64,000 bases of DNA from Vicinamibacterales bacterium (GTDB lineage Bacteria; Acidobacteriota; Vicinamibacteria; Vicinamibacterales; 2-12-FULL-66-21), in the NCBI GenBank assembly GCA_036556425.1, contig DATBJJ010000002.1, positions 1,521 through 65,520 on the forward strand. The letters are read 5' to 3'. Positions 20,082-29,122 of the stretch are shown here, in pieces. The position numbers and the translations under genes were made by a program. Under the pieces are notes generated by a model. It was not told the DNA's origin, made no database searches, and was given only the letters and a program-made list of their open reading frames with translations. Every line of letters begins with the position of its first letter. Position 1 is the stretch's first letter.

Positions 20082-22073
20082 TCAGAACCGCCATTCGAGC
20101 CTCGCGCGCAGCGTCCGTCCCTGCTGCGCGATGACGTCGCCGGGATGCTCCTCCGCGCCGGGATCGACGAGCGAGCGGTTGAACAGGTTGCCGATCGTGA
20201 GCGAGATCCGCGCGCGTGAGAGCTCTCGCGACGTGAGCGTGAGGTTCCCGAGAAACGCTCCCTCCGCCACGTTGCCGGCCAGCGTCAAGCGATCGCCCGT
20301 GTAGAGTCCCTCGGCGCCGAAGAACACCCATCGCGGGAGGAGCGGGCCCGTCACGCGCGCGTGCGTCAGGTGCCTCGGAGAGTTGCTCAGCGGTGCGTTG
20401 CCGGGATGGCTGTGGACTCTCTGATGCGTGTAGCTCGCGAGCATGTGCAGGCCGTTCCACGAGCCCTCGGCCTCGAGCTCGACGCCGGACGCGTGCGCTT
20501 CGTCCAGGTTGCCGAACGCGAACTGATCCGCCGGATCGACTGGCGATCCTTGCGAGATCAAGTCGCGCGCGCGGTACGTGAATCCGGACATCGAGAGGCG
20601 GACGCGATGTTCGAGGTACTGCTCCCACACGACCTCGGTCGTGCGTATGCGCTCGGGCACCAGCGGCACCGGGTTCTCGTAGTAGTGGAGCTCGTACGGA
20701 TTCGGCGCCCGGAACGCGCTGCCGTGCAGGACCTTCACCGCCGCGTTCGCGATGGGCTTCACGATGACCGCCGCACGAAGGTTCGTCGATCCGTTCCACG
20801 CCGAATGCTCATCGTGCCGGACGCCGGCGTTCAGCGTGAGGCGCGGCGAGATCGTGAATTCGTCCTGCGCGTAGACGGCGACCGCGCGCGAGGTATCGTT
20901 CCGATCGAGCGTGCGCGGCTCGGCCTCGTATCCGGACCACTGAGCCTGCCGCAAGTGCTCTCGATACTCGATGCCTCCGGTCAGGAAGTGCTGCTTCGCC
21001 ACGCGCCGCGTGAGCATCACCTCGCTGCTCAGCCAATCAGCTCCTGCGTAATCTGCGTAAGCCGCCCGCCGGGCCGGCTCGTCACCCTCGAAGAGGTCGT
21101 ACATGTACGTCCCGTTGTACGTGTAGCGATCGTACGACCCGCGCCACAGGAGACCGTTTCCGCGCCACGTGCCGTCGTAGGAGACCTCGATGAAGCCGCG
21201 GTTGTCCTCCGTCGCCGACCGACGATCGTCGAGGACGATGCCGAACGCGCCGGTCGGGATTCCTTTGTTCCGCGTGGAGTAGAGTGCCCGCACCGACCAA
21301 TTCTTTCGCGATGCCGATGCGAAGAACGATCGAGCCAGCTCGTCATCCATGTTCTCCGCGATGCCGACGCCTGGCACGGTGTAGCTCGAGATCCCGTCGC
21401 TCGCGAACGCCGTGCCCGCGAGCACGAATTCCGCGCCCGAGGCCATCGTATGCCCGAAGGTCGCGCTGCCCGCCCGCGTGCCGAGCGAGCCGCCTTCGAC
21501 CGATCCGCGCAGCGCGCGCAGCGACGACGCGCGCTTCGTGACGACGTTCACGACCGCGAAGAACGCGCTCGTGCCGTAGATCGACGAGCTCGGGCCTCTG
21601 ACGATCTCGACGCGCTCGATCAGATCGACCGACATCGGAAAGTCCATGCCGATGTAAGCGGAGTCGTAGATCGTCTCGTTGAGCCGGTGGCCGTCGAGCA
21701 GCACGAGGATGCGGCTGTTGTAGTCGCCGGGCCTGTTGAACCCGCGGACGCCGAGATAGCTGTAGTTGCGATCGTTCGTGACGTAGAACCCGCGGACGCC
21801 GCGCAGCACGTCCGCGAGGGTCCGGTACCCGAACCGCTGGATCTCTTCATGCGTCACGATGCTGACGGAGGCTGGCGCGTCGACGACTTTCTGCTGATAG
21901 CGGGACGCGCCGAACACGGTGCCGACCTCGATGTTCAAGAGCTGCTCGATGCTCGCCTCGGACACCGACGGTTGATCCGCCACGCCCGGGGCCTGAGCGA
22001 GCGCGGCTATCGGATTCGTGAAGACGAGGCCAAGCGCCACGGCGCCGATGAAGGATGGCTTTGCTCTGGTCAT
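20082..22073 (-). CDS. TonB-dependent outer-membrane receptor
   Basis: Start at ATG 22073 with a signal peptide. Plug-domain segments (APASVSIVTHEEIQRFGYRTLADVLRGVRGF, IERVEIVRGPSSSIYG). Long beta-barrel ending ...RLEWRF. Confidence 0.9.
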   Translation of the reverse strand: MTRAKPSFIGAVALGLVFTNPIAALAQAPGVADQPSVSEASIEQLLNIEVGTVFGASRYQQKVVDAPASVSIVTHEEIQRFGYRTLADVLRGVRGFYVTNDRNYSYLGVRGFNRPGDYNSRILVLLDGHRLNETIYDSAYIGMDFPMSVDLIERVEIVRGPSSSIYGTSAFFAVVNVVTKRASSLRALRGSVEGGSLGTRAGSATFGHTMASGAEFVLAGTAFASDGISSYTVPGVGIAENMDDELARSFFASASRKNWSVRALYSTRNKGIPTGAFGIVLDDRRSATEDNRGFIEVSYDGTWRGNGLLWRGSYDRYTYNGTYMYDLFEGDEPARRAAYADYAGADWLSSEVMLTRRVAKQHFLTGGIEYREHLRQAQWSGYEAEPRTLDRNDTSRAVAVYAQDEFTISPRLTLNAGVRHDEHSAWNGSTNLRAAVIVKPIANAAVKVLHGSAFRAPNPYELHYYENPVPLVPERIRTTEVVWEQYLEHRVRLSMSGFTYRARDLISQGSPVDPADQFAFGNLDEAHASGVELEAEGSWNGLHMLASYTHQRVHSHPGNAPLSNSPRHLTHARVTGPLLPRWVFFGAEGLYTGDRLTLAGNVAEGAFLGNLTLTSRELSRARISLTIGNLFNRSLVDPGAEEHPGDVIAQQGRTLRARLEWRF

Positions 22074-22248
22074 ATCGTGCGCAGATCTCTGGCTGGGGAT
22101 GCCCGACCCGGGTGCAATCCCCAGACCGCCCGGGCGCGCGGGCTCGTGCACGAAATTGCTTGGAAATCCGCGTCATGTGCGTTGGCGCGGGCCCGAAGCG
22201 CACACTCGATCGGGCCTCGGCGCACATACCGCCCGTAGGGGTGTCAGG

Positions 22249-24189
22249 CTAGCCGAGCACCTCGCGAACCTTGTGGGCGAGGCCCTGCGGCGTGAAGGGC
22301 TTGTGGATGAACGGCGTGCCTTCGTCCAGCACGCCGTGATGCACGATCGCATCGTCGGTGTATCCGGACATGAAGAGCACCCGCATGCCGGGTTTCGAGG
22401 GAAGAATCCGATCGGCGAGCGCGCGGCCGCTCATCTGCGGGAGCACGACGTCCGAAATGAGCAGCGAGATGTTCTCGGTCGTCGACGCGGCAATGTCGGT
22501 CGCGTCCTTCGGCGTCGGGGCGGTCAGCACGCGATAGCCATATCGCTCGAGCACTTTGCGAACGAGCGTGCGGACGGCCTCTTCGTCTTCGACGACGAGA
22601 ATCGTTTCAGATCCCCGGAGCGAGCTCGTGGGCTGGCGGACGACGGCGGGCCCGACGGCCTCGTCGACGCGCGGCAAGTACACGCGGAAGGTCGCCCCTT
22701 TACCAGGCTCGCTGTCGACCCAGATATAACCGCCGCTCTGTTTCACGATGCCGTAGACGGTGGAGAGTCCAAGGCCGGTGCCTTTGCCTTTGTGTTTCGT
22801 CGTGAAGAACGGCTCGAAGACGCGAGCGCGCGTCGCGTCGTCCATGCCCTCGCCCGTGTCGGTGACGGTGAGCCGCATGTATCGTCCGGGCACGACGGTG
22901 GCGCCGTTGCGCGCGTCGGATTCCTTCATCGCGTCGTCGGCGACTTCGAACGCGAGCCGGCCGCCGTTCGGCATCGCATCGCGCGCGTTGATCGCGAGGT
23001 TCAGGATGACCTGCTCGATCTGTCCCGGGTCCGCTTTGATTCGCCCGGTCGCCTTCGTGCCGCGGACGGTGACCTCGACGTCTTCGCCGATCAACCTTCG
23101 CAGCATCGGCTCCATCGTTCGCAGCGACTCGCGAAGATCGAGCACGCGCGGCTCGAGAATCTGCCTGCGGCTGAACGCGAGCAGCTGGCGCGTCAGGCCG
23201 GTCGCGCGTTCGGCCGCGCGCCGGACTTCGGCGAGGTGCGCCTGATGCGGACTGTCGGCCGGGAGGCCTTCCGCGATGAGCATGCAGTAGCCTTCGATGG
23301 CGGTCAGCAGATTGTTGAAGTCGTGCGCGATTCCGCCGGCGAGCTGGCCGACGGCTTCCATCTTCTGCGACTGGCGATACTGCTCCTCGAGACGCACCCG
23401 CTCGGTGACGTCGAGGCCGATCCCGGCCGCGCGCACCGGCTTTCCACGGCCATCGAGGAACACGCGGCCGCTGCCGGTAATCCAATGAATGCTGCCGTCG
23501 GGCCACCGCGTGCGATACGTGACGCTCGCATCCGTCGCTTCTTCGCCGGCGAGCTGGATGCTCTTGAGCACCCGCTCGCGATCTTCTGGATCGATCAAAC
23601 CGACGAGCGCTTCGAGCGTGCCCGCGAACGATCGGGGCGCGAGACCGTGCAGCGCTTCGAGCATCTCGGAGAAGCGGATCGCGCCGGCGGGAATGTCGGC
23701 TTCCCAGATGCCGACGCGCGAGGCCTCGATCGCGAAGCGAATGCGTTCTTCCGCCTGCACCAACGCCTGCTCGGCCTCGCGCTTCGCGCGCTTCAACCGG
23801 CGTTCGTCGATCGCGCGCTGCACCGCCTGACCGAGCCGCGAGAGTCGATCTTTGAGGAGATAGTCGGCGGCGCCGCTGCTGAGAAGGGAGATTGCGGTCT
23901 CCTCGCCGATGCTGCCGGAGACGACGATGACGGGGACGTCGAGGCGCGCGTTGTTGACGATCGCCAACGCGCGCGGCGCGTCGAAGCCGCGGATGTTGAA
24001 GTCGGCGAGGATGACGTCGAGCGCGTCGTCGAGCGCCGCGGCGAAGTCGCGCTCGGTGTCGACGCGCGTCCAGTCGAGGTCGAAGCCAGACTGCTCCAGT
24101 TCTCGTACCATCAACGCAGCATCGGTGTGCTGATCTTCGAGAATCAAGACACGGATACGTTGTCGGTCCAAGCGTACGCACTTTAGCAT
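22249..24189 (-). CDS. Hybrid histidine kinase: receiver - PAS - HisKA (CckA-like H-box) - HATPase - receiver
   Basis: [17 protein letters not shown], a PAS region, [46 protein letters not shown], and [24 protein letters not shown]. Start is ATG 24189 or TTG 24171. Confidence 0.88.
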   Translation of the reverse strand: MLKCVRLDRQRIRVLILEDQHTDAALMVRELEQSGFDLDWTRVDTERDFAAALDDALDVILADFNIRGFDAPRALAIVNNARLDVPVIVVSGSIGEETAISLLSSGAADYLLKDRLSRLGQAVQRAIDERRLKRAKREAEQALVQAEERIRFAIEASRVGIWEADIPAGAIRFSEMLEALHGLAPRSFAGTLEALVGLIDPEDRERVLKSIQLAGEEATDASVTYRTRWPDGSIHWITGSGRVFLDGRGKPVRAAGIGLDVTERVRLEEQYRQSQKMEAVGQLAGGIAHDFNNLLTAIEGYCMLIAEGLPADSPHQAHLAEVRRAAERATGLTRQLLAFSRRQILEPRVLDLRESLRTMEPMLRRLIGEDVEVTVRGTKATGRIKADPGQIEQVILNLAINARDAMPNGGRLAFEVADDAMKESDARNGATVVPGRYMRLTVTDTGEGMDDATRARVFEPFFTTKHKGKGTGLGLSTVYGIVKQSGGYIWVDSEPGKGATFRVYLPRVDEAVGPAVVRQPTSSLRGSETILVVEDEEAVRTLVRKVLERYGYRVLTAPTPKDATDIAASTTENISLLISDVVLPQMSGRALADRILPSKPGMRVLFMSGYTDDAIVHHGVLDEGTPFIHKPFTPQGLAHKVREVLG

Positions 24190-26772
24190 ATGCACGTGAG
24201 CACTCCGGCGATCGAACCGCTCGTGGATCGCGTCGCGCGATTCACGAGATACGCGCACATCCTCGCGGCGTTCGTCGCGATCAGCGGAGTCGTCGTGTTC
24301 ATCGGGTGGGCCCTGGACGTTTCTGTCCTGAAGAGTCCGCTTCCACCTGCCACGATGAAAGCCAATACAGCAATTGGGTTCCTACTGATCGGTGTGTCGC
24401 TCTTGCTGTCGGCATCGGCGCGCGCGCCTCGCCTCGCGATCGCGCTCGCCGCCGCGGTCATCCTTCTGGGCGGCGCGACGGCGAGCCAGGACATCGTCGG
24501 ATGGAATCTCGGCATCGACGAGATCGCGATTGCGGATCTTTCGATGCGGGGCCAAATACCGGGACGAATGGCGTTGACAACGTCGATCTGCTTCATCGCG
24601 CTCGGCGTCGCGCTCCTGTGCTGTCATCGCAAGACAACCACTTGGGTCGGACACGTCCTCGCGATCGGCGTCACGCTCGTCGGCGCGGTCGCATGTCTCG
24701 GCTACTTCTATGGCGTCCGCGCGATCGCTGGTCCGAGCCCCTACACGGTGATCGCGACGCACACCGCGGTGCTCCTCGTCGCTGCCGCGCTCGGCATCTT
24801 GTTCGGCCATCCGTCCGCCGGTCTGATGATCGCGATCGCGAGCGGAACGATCGGCGGCGCGATGGCGCGCCGGGTGCTCCCCGTCGCGATCCTCGTGCCG
24901 ATTGCCGTCGGCGGGATCTGGTTGTGGGGCGCGCGCCGCGGCGTCTACGGATTGGAGATCGGCATCTCGGCGGTCGTCGTCTCGATGATCGTCGTGCTGT
25001 CGATCGTGATCTGGTGGAGCGCCGGCGATCTGCTGCGCATCGAATCGGATCGCCGGAAGGCTGAGCACGCGCTGAAGCAGCGCGAGGCGCACACCGCGTC
25101 GATCCTCGAGACGTCGCTCGACGCCGTCATCAGCATGGACGAGAAGGGGCGCGTCACGCACTGGAACCGCCGCGCGGAGGCGGTGTTCGGCTGGGCGAGC
25201 GACGACGCGCTGGGACGCGATCTCGCCGATCTGATCATGCCCGAGCGTTTCCGCGAGCAGCACCGGCGCGGCCTCGCGCGGTTCCTCGAGACGGGCAGCG
25301 GCCCGATCCTCGGCCGGCGCATCGAGACGATCGGCCTCCGCCGATCGCAAACGGAGTTTCCCGTCGAGTTGTCGGTCATCGCGCTGCCGCTCGATGGGTC
25401 GTACACGTTCAACGCGTTCATCGCGGACATCACGGAGCGCAAGGAAACGGAGCACGATCTTCGCATTCGCGAGCAGCACAAGACGTCGCTCCTGCGTCTG
25501 TCGCGCAAGCTCGAGCTCGCGGCGACGGAAGCCGAAGTGATGGAGGCCGCGCTCCAGGAAATCAAGGTCGTGATGGGATATCGGTCCGCGTGGGCGTACC
25601 TGTTCGCGGACGACGGGGAGACGGCGTCGATCATCCACGCGAGCGGCGACGTGGCGAAGACAGCCTCGGACGAGCTGCCCGTGATTCGCGTCGCCGGCGA
25701 CACGTTCCTCGAGGAGCTGCGCGACGCGAAGGACGTCGTCGTGGTGGAGGATGCGCGCACGGATCCGAGGACGAACAAGGACGTCGTCGCGCAGGTTGGG
25801 AATCGCACGATCGTCAACGCGCCGATGCTGCTCGCGGATCGAAAGATCGGCATCGTGGGAACGGGCAGCATGGGTGACGAGGGCGTCAAGGTGCCCGATC
25901 GCCGCCAGTTGGACTTCTTCGCCGCGATGGTCGGGCACGTGGCCCTGGCGATCGATCGAATCCGGCTGCTGGCCGATCGCGCGCGCGCGGTCGAGGAAAC
26001 ACGAGGGCTCAACGCGGAGCTGAACGCGCGCGTGGTCGAGCGTACGACGCAACTGCAAGCGGCGAACAAAGAGCTCGAGGCGTTCTCGTACTCGGTGTCG
26101 CACGATCTGCGCGCGCCGCTGCGGCACATCGACGGGTTTTCGAAGATCCTCCTGGACGACTACGGCGCCGCGCTCGATCCGAGGGCGCAGCGGTATCTGT
26201 CGCTCATCCGCGGCGGCGCGGTGACGATGGGCCGCATGATCGACGACCTGCTGCAGATGGCGCGCGTCGATCGGCGCGATCTGTCGTTCACCGAAACCGA
26301 TCTCAACGAGATCGTCGAAGAGGTGATCGACGAGCTGCGCGCGGACGTCGGCGATCGCGCAGTCGAGTGGGAGATCGAGCCGCTGCCCGTCGTCGTCTGC
26401 GATCCCGGCCTCGTCAAGCTCGTGTTCGCGAATCTCCTCTCGAACGCGGTCAAATACACGCGCGACAAGGAGCGCGCGCACATTCGCGTCTCGCGCGAGC
26501 CGGGCAGCGAGCCGCCGATCATCGTCGTGCAGGACAACGGCGCGGGTTTCGATCCGCGGTACGCCGACAGACTGTTCGGCGTGTTCCAACGATTGCATCG
26601 CGCCGAAGAGTTCGAGGGTACCGGCATTGGGCTCGCGACGGTGCAGCGCATCGTACAGAAGCACGGTGGGCGCGTGTGGGCGGACGCCGGTGTCGGCAAG
26701 GGCGCGACGTTTTCGTTCACCCTGTCCCCCGCGGCGTCGGCACCGGACGCGACCAGTGATACCCTGGTGTGA
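24190..26772 (+). CDS. Membrane sensor histidine kinase (polytopic N-domain, PAS, GAF, HisKA, HATPase)
   Basis: About 280 aa of TM helices, then PAS (SILETSLDAVISMDEKGRVTHWN) and a GAF-like region. H-box FSYSVSHDLRAPLRHI, plus NLLSNAVKYT, DNGAGF and GTGIGLA. Exact start uncertain. Confidence 0.88.
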   Translation: MHVSTPAIEPLVDRVARFTRYAHILAAFVAISGVVVFIGWALDVSVLKSPLPPATMKANTAIGFLLIGVSLLLSASARAPRLAIALAAAVILLGGATASQDIVGWNLGIDEIAIADLSMRGQIPGRMALTTSICFIALGVALLCCHRKTTTWVGHVLAIGVTLVGAVACLGYFYGVRAIAGPSPYTVIATHTAVLLVAAALGILFGHPSAGLMIAIASGTIGGAMARRVLPVAILVPIAVGGIWLWGARRGVYGLEIGISAVVVSMIVVLSIVIWWSAGDLLRIESDRRKAEHALKQREAHTASILETSLDAVISMDEKGRVTHWNRRAEAVFGWASDDALGRDLADLIMPERFREQHRRGLARFLETGSGPILGRRIETIGLRRSQTEFPVELSVIALPLDGSYTFNAFIADITERKETEHDLRIREQHKTSLLRLSRKLELAATEAEVMEAALQEIKVVMGYRSAWAYLFADDGETASIIHASGDVAKTASDELPVIRVAGDTFLEELRDAKDVVVVEDARTDPRTNKDVVAQVGNRTIVNAPMLLADRKIGIVGTGSMGDEGVKVPDRRQLDFFAAMVGHVALAIDRIRLLADRARAVEETRGLNAELNARVVERTTQLQAANKELEAFSYSVSHDLRAPLRHIDGFSKILLDDYGAALDPRAQRYLSLIRGGAVTMGRMIDDLLQMARVDRRDLSFTETDLNEIVEEVIDELRADVGDRAVEWEIEPLPVVVCDPGLVKLVFANLLSNAVKYTRDKERAHIRVSREPGSEPPIIVVQDNGAGFDPRYADRLFGVFQRLHRAEEFEGTGIGLATVQRIVQKHGGRVWADAGVGKGATFSFTLSPAASAPDATSDTLV

Positions 26773-27224
26773 AGCCGCCGATGCCGTCGCGAACCGCAGA
26801 TATCTTGCTCGTCGAGGACAGCCCGCATGATGTCGAGCTCGCGCTGCACGCGCTGCGCCAGCATTGCGCGGAGACCATCGTGCACGTCGCGCGCGACGGC
26901 GAAGAGGCGCTCGATTATCTGTTTTGCCGTGGCTCGTTCGATTCCAGACCGTTCGGTCTGCCGCGGCTCGTCCTCCTCGATCTCAAGCTGCCGAAGGTCG
27001 ACGGCATCGAAGTGCTCGAAGCGATTCGAAGCGATCCGCGCACGAACGCGATTCCCGTTGTCGTGCTCACGTCCTCGAAGGAGCAGCGCGACATCGCCGC
27101 GAGCTATCGGCTGCACGTGAACAGCTACATCCAGAAGCCGGTCAACTTCGGAGAGTTCCAGGACACGGTGCGACAGCTCGGGTTCTATTGGCTCGTCGTC
27201 AACGAGACGCCGGCCGCGTCGTGA
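26769..27224 (+). CDS. Single-domain response regulator (Rcp1/phytochrome-associated type)
   Basis: ILLVEDSPHDVEL...LLDLKLPKVDG...VVVLTSS...IQKP. The GTG overlaps the kinase stop (GTGA). An alternative ATG lies at 26781. Confidence 0.88.
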   Translation: MKPPMPSRTADILLVEDSPHDVELALHALRQHCAETIVHVARDGEEALDYLFCRGSFDSRPFGLPRLVLLDLKLPKVDGIEVLEAIRSDPRTNAIPVVVLTSSKEQRDIAASYRLHVNSYIQKPVNFGEFQDTVRQLGFYWLVVNETPAAS

Positions 27225-27358
27225 GCGATCGACTGTGCGGGATTCGCCTCGCGGCTGTGCGCAACCGCTCAAACCGCCGCTGTTCGCTATTGAGCCTCTC
27301 CCGTAAACCACACAACCCACAGTAACTTGTCCCGCGCCGCGCCGTTCGCCGCGGGGGC

Positions 27359-28618
27359 ATGCGCCTTGAAGCAGCAGTCGCGATGCATGTTTACGGCGCG
27401 CCCGGCACGCGTGAATGGCCCGCGTCCGAGGACGGCGCGAACGAGACGGAGACGGCCGCGCGGATTCGTCAAGCCACGAAGATGGAAGCCGTCGGGCGGC
27501 TCGCGGGCGGCGTCGCGCACGATTTCAACAATCTGCTGACCGCGATTCTCGGATACGCGAACCTCGTGCTCGACGAGCTCGGTGCCGATCACCCATCGCG
27601 GCCCGACGTCGAGCAGATCCAGCACGCGGCCGAGAGCGCCGCGTCGCTGACGCGGCAGCTCCTCGCGTTCAGCCGGCGGCAGCTCCTGCAGCCCCAGATT
27701 CTCGATCTGAACGACGTCGTTCGAAGCATGGAGTCGATGCTGCGCCGGATGATCGGCGAGCACATCGTGCTGGACACGGATCTCGCGCCCACGCTCTCGC
27801 ACGTCGACGCGGATCAGGGACAGCTCGAGCAGGTGTTGATGAACCTCGTCATCAACGCGCGGGACGCGATGCCCGCCGGAGGCCGGCTGCTCATCGCGAC
27901 GAAGGACGTCATCGTCGGCGAAGAAATGATGCGGGCGCACCGAGGTCTCACCGCGGGTGCGTACGTATCGCTCGACGTGTGCGACACCGGCTTCGGCATG
28001 GACGAGAACGTGCTCGCGAATCTGTTCGAGCCGTTCTTCACGACGAAGAGGCGCGGTGAAGGCACCGGGCTCGGGCTCGCGACGGTCTACGGCATCATCA
28101 AGCAGAGCGGCGGCTACATCGCCGTGCAGAGCGACATCGGCGTCGGCACGACGTTCACGATCTATCTGCCGCGCACGTCGAAAGAGGCGCGGCCCACCGA
28201 GTCGAAGCCGACCGAAACGCCGAACGGCGGAAACGAGACGATTCTGCTGGTCGAGGATCAGCCCGAGGTTCGCGCGATCGCGCGCACGCTGCTGACGCGG
28301 CAGGGCTATACCGTGATCGAAGCGGACGGTGGACCGCAGGCGCTGACGCTGGTGCGCTCGCAGACGGCCCCGATTCATTTGCTGTTGACGGATGTCGTGA
28401 TGCCGGCCATCGGCGGGCCGGAACTGGCGCGGCAGCTTCGCGTGATCCATCCGGAGCTGCGCGTTCTATTCGCGTCCGGTTATACCGACGACGCACTGGC
28501 GCAGCAAGGCGTGCTGCAGCCGGGATCAGATCTGATTCAGAAGCCGTTTACGCGAGAGGCGCTGCTGCAGAAGGTCCGTTCGGTGCTGGATGCTGCAACG
28601 CGTGCAGCGCACCGCTGA
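27359..28618 (+). CDS. Hybrid histidine kinase without recognisable sensor domain (HisKA-HATPase-receiver)
   Basis: Only ~40 aa precede [23 protein letters not shown]. Then NLVINARDAM, DTGFGM, GTGLGLA, and receiver ILLVEDQPEV..LTDVVMPAIGG..IQKPF. Confidence 0.85.
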   Translation: MRLEAAVAMHVYGAPGTREWPASEDGANETETAARIRQATKMEAVGRLAGGVAHDFNNLLTAILGYANLVLDELGADHPSRPDVEQIQHAAESAASLTRQLLAFSRRQLLQPQILDLNDVVRSMESMLRRMIGEHIVLDTDLAPTLSHVDADQGQLEQVLMNLVINARDAMPAGGRLLIATKDVIVGEEMMRAHRGLTAGAYVSLDVCDTGFGMDENVLANLFEPFFTTKRRGEGTGLGLATVYGIIKQSGGYIAVQSDIGVGTTFTIYLPRTSKEARPTESKPTETPNGGNETILLVEDQPEVRAIARTLLTRQGYTVIEADGGPQALTLVRSQTAPIHLLLTDVVMPAIGGPELARQLRVIHPELRVLFASGYTDDALAQQGVLQPGSDLIQKPFTREALLQKVRSVLDAATRAAHR

Positions 28619-28934
28619 TCCCCGCGAACCGCATTTGCGCGCGCGCGAGCACCTGCTGCGCGTCGCCGCAGCGTCCTTCGACGGCGAGGTCCTCCACCAT
28701 CCGCAATTGCTCGGCGAGCGCGGCGACGCCGCACATGCCGCTGGCTCCGGACGCGCCGTGCACGAGCCGTGCGGCCTCGCGAGCGTCGCCGGCCGCCAGC
28801 GCGGCTGACGCGAGCGCCAACTGTTTCCGCGTATCCTCCGACCACATCTCCACGAGATCGTCGAACGCGAGGCCGGATTCCTCCGCCAACTCGCCCAGCT
28901 TCTGTATCGCGATTGCCGCGTCCTGGTTGCCCAC
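28548..28934 (-). CDS. HPt (histidine phosphotransfer) domain protein
   Basis: GTG 28934 is preceded by GGAGG 6 nt upstream. Helical ~128 aa with an HPt-like motif REAARLVHGASGASGMCG. High third-position GC in this frame. The other two overlapping frames are rejected. Confidence 0.65.
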   Translation of the reverse strand: MGNQDAAIAIQKLGELAEESGLAFDDLVEMWSEDTRKQLALASAALAAGDAREAARLVHGASGASGMCGVAALAEQLRMVEDLAVEGRCGDAQQVLARAQMRFAGISGALHALQHPAPNGPSAAAPLA

Positions 28935-29018
28935 GACAGACCTCCGGGCATTCGCTGAGCAAGACGCGGGCCTGCCGGCGCGTTCGGCTAACATCTCCTG
29001 AGTCAGCGACTTACATTT

Positions 29019-29034
29019 TGGTTCCGGCCGTGCA
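29019..29034 (+). promoter_or_regulatory. Candidate sigma54 (-24/-12) promoter
   Basis: TGGTTC-CGGCC-GTGCA has the GG and GC dinucleotides at the canonical spacing of TGGCAC-N5-TTGCA. It lies ~90 nt upstream of the sigma54-activator gene. Confidence 0.3.
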
Positions 29035-29122
29035 CAGCGGTCCGCGATGTGTGCGCTGGGCGGCTTCGCACGGGTCGGCGCGCCGGCCGAGCTCGAACAC
29101 CCCGCGTGAAAACGATCGCATA

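Noticed and set aside
28526-28962. Two other overlapping minus-strand ORFs (28526..28951 and 28537..28962) and the long version 28548..29216 of the HPt ORF.
   Set aside because: Only the 28548..28934 frame gives a helical HPt-like protein with an RBS-preceded start. The others are Arg/Ala-rich, and the long version extends across the divergent promoter region.
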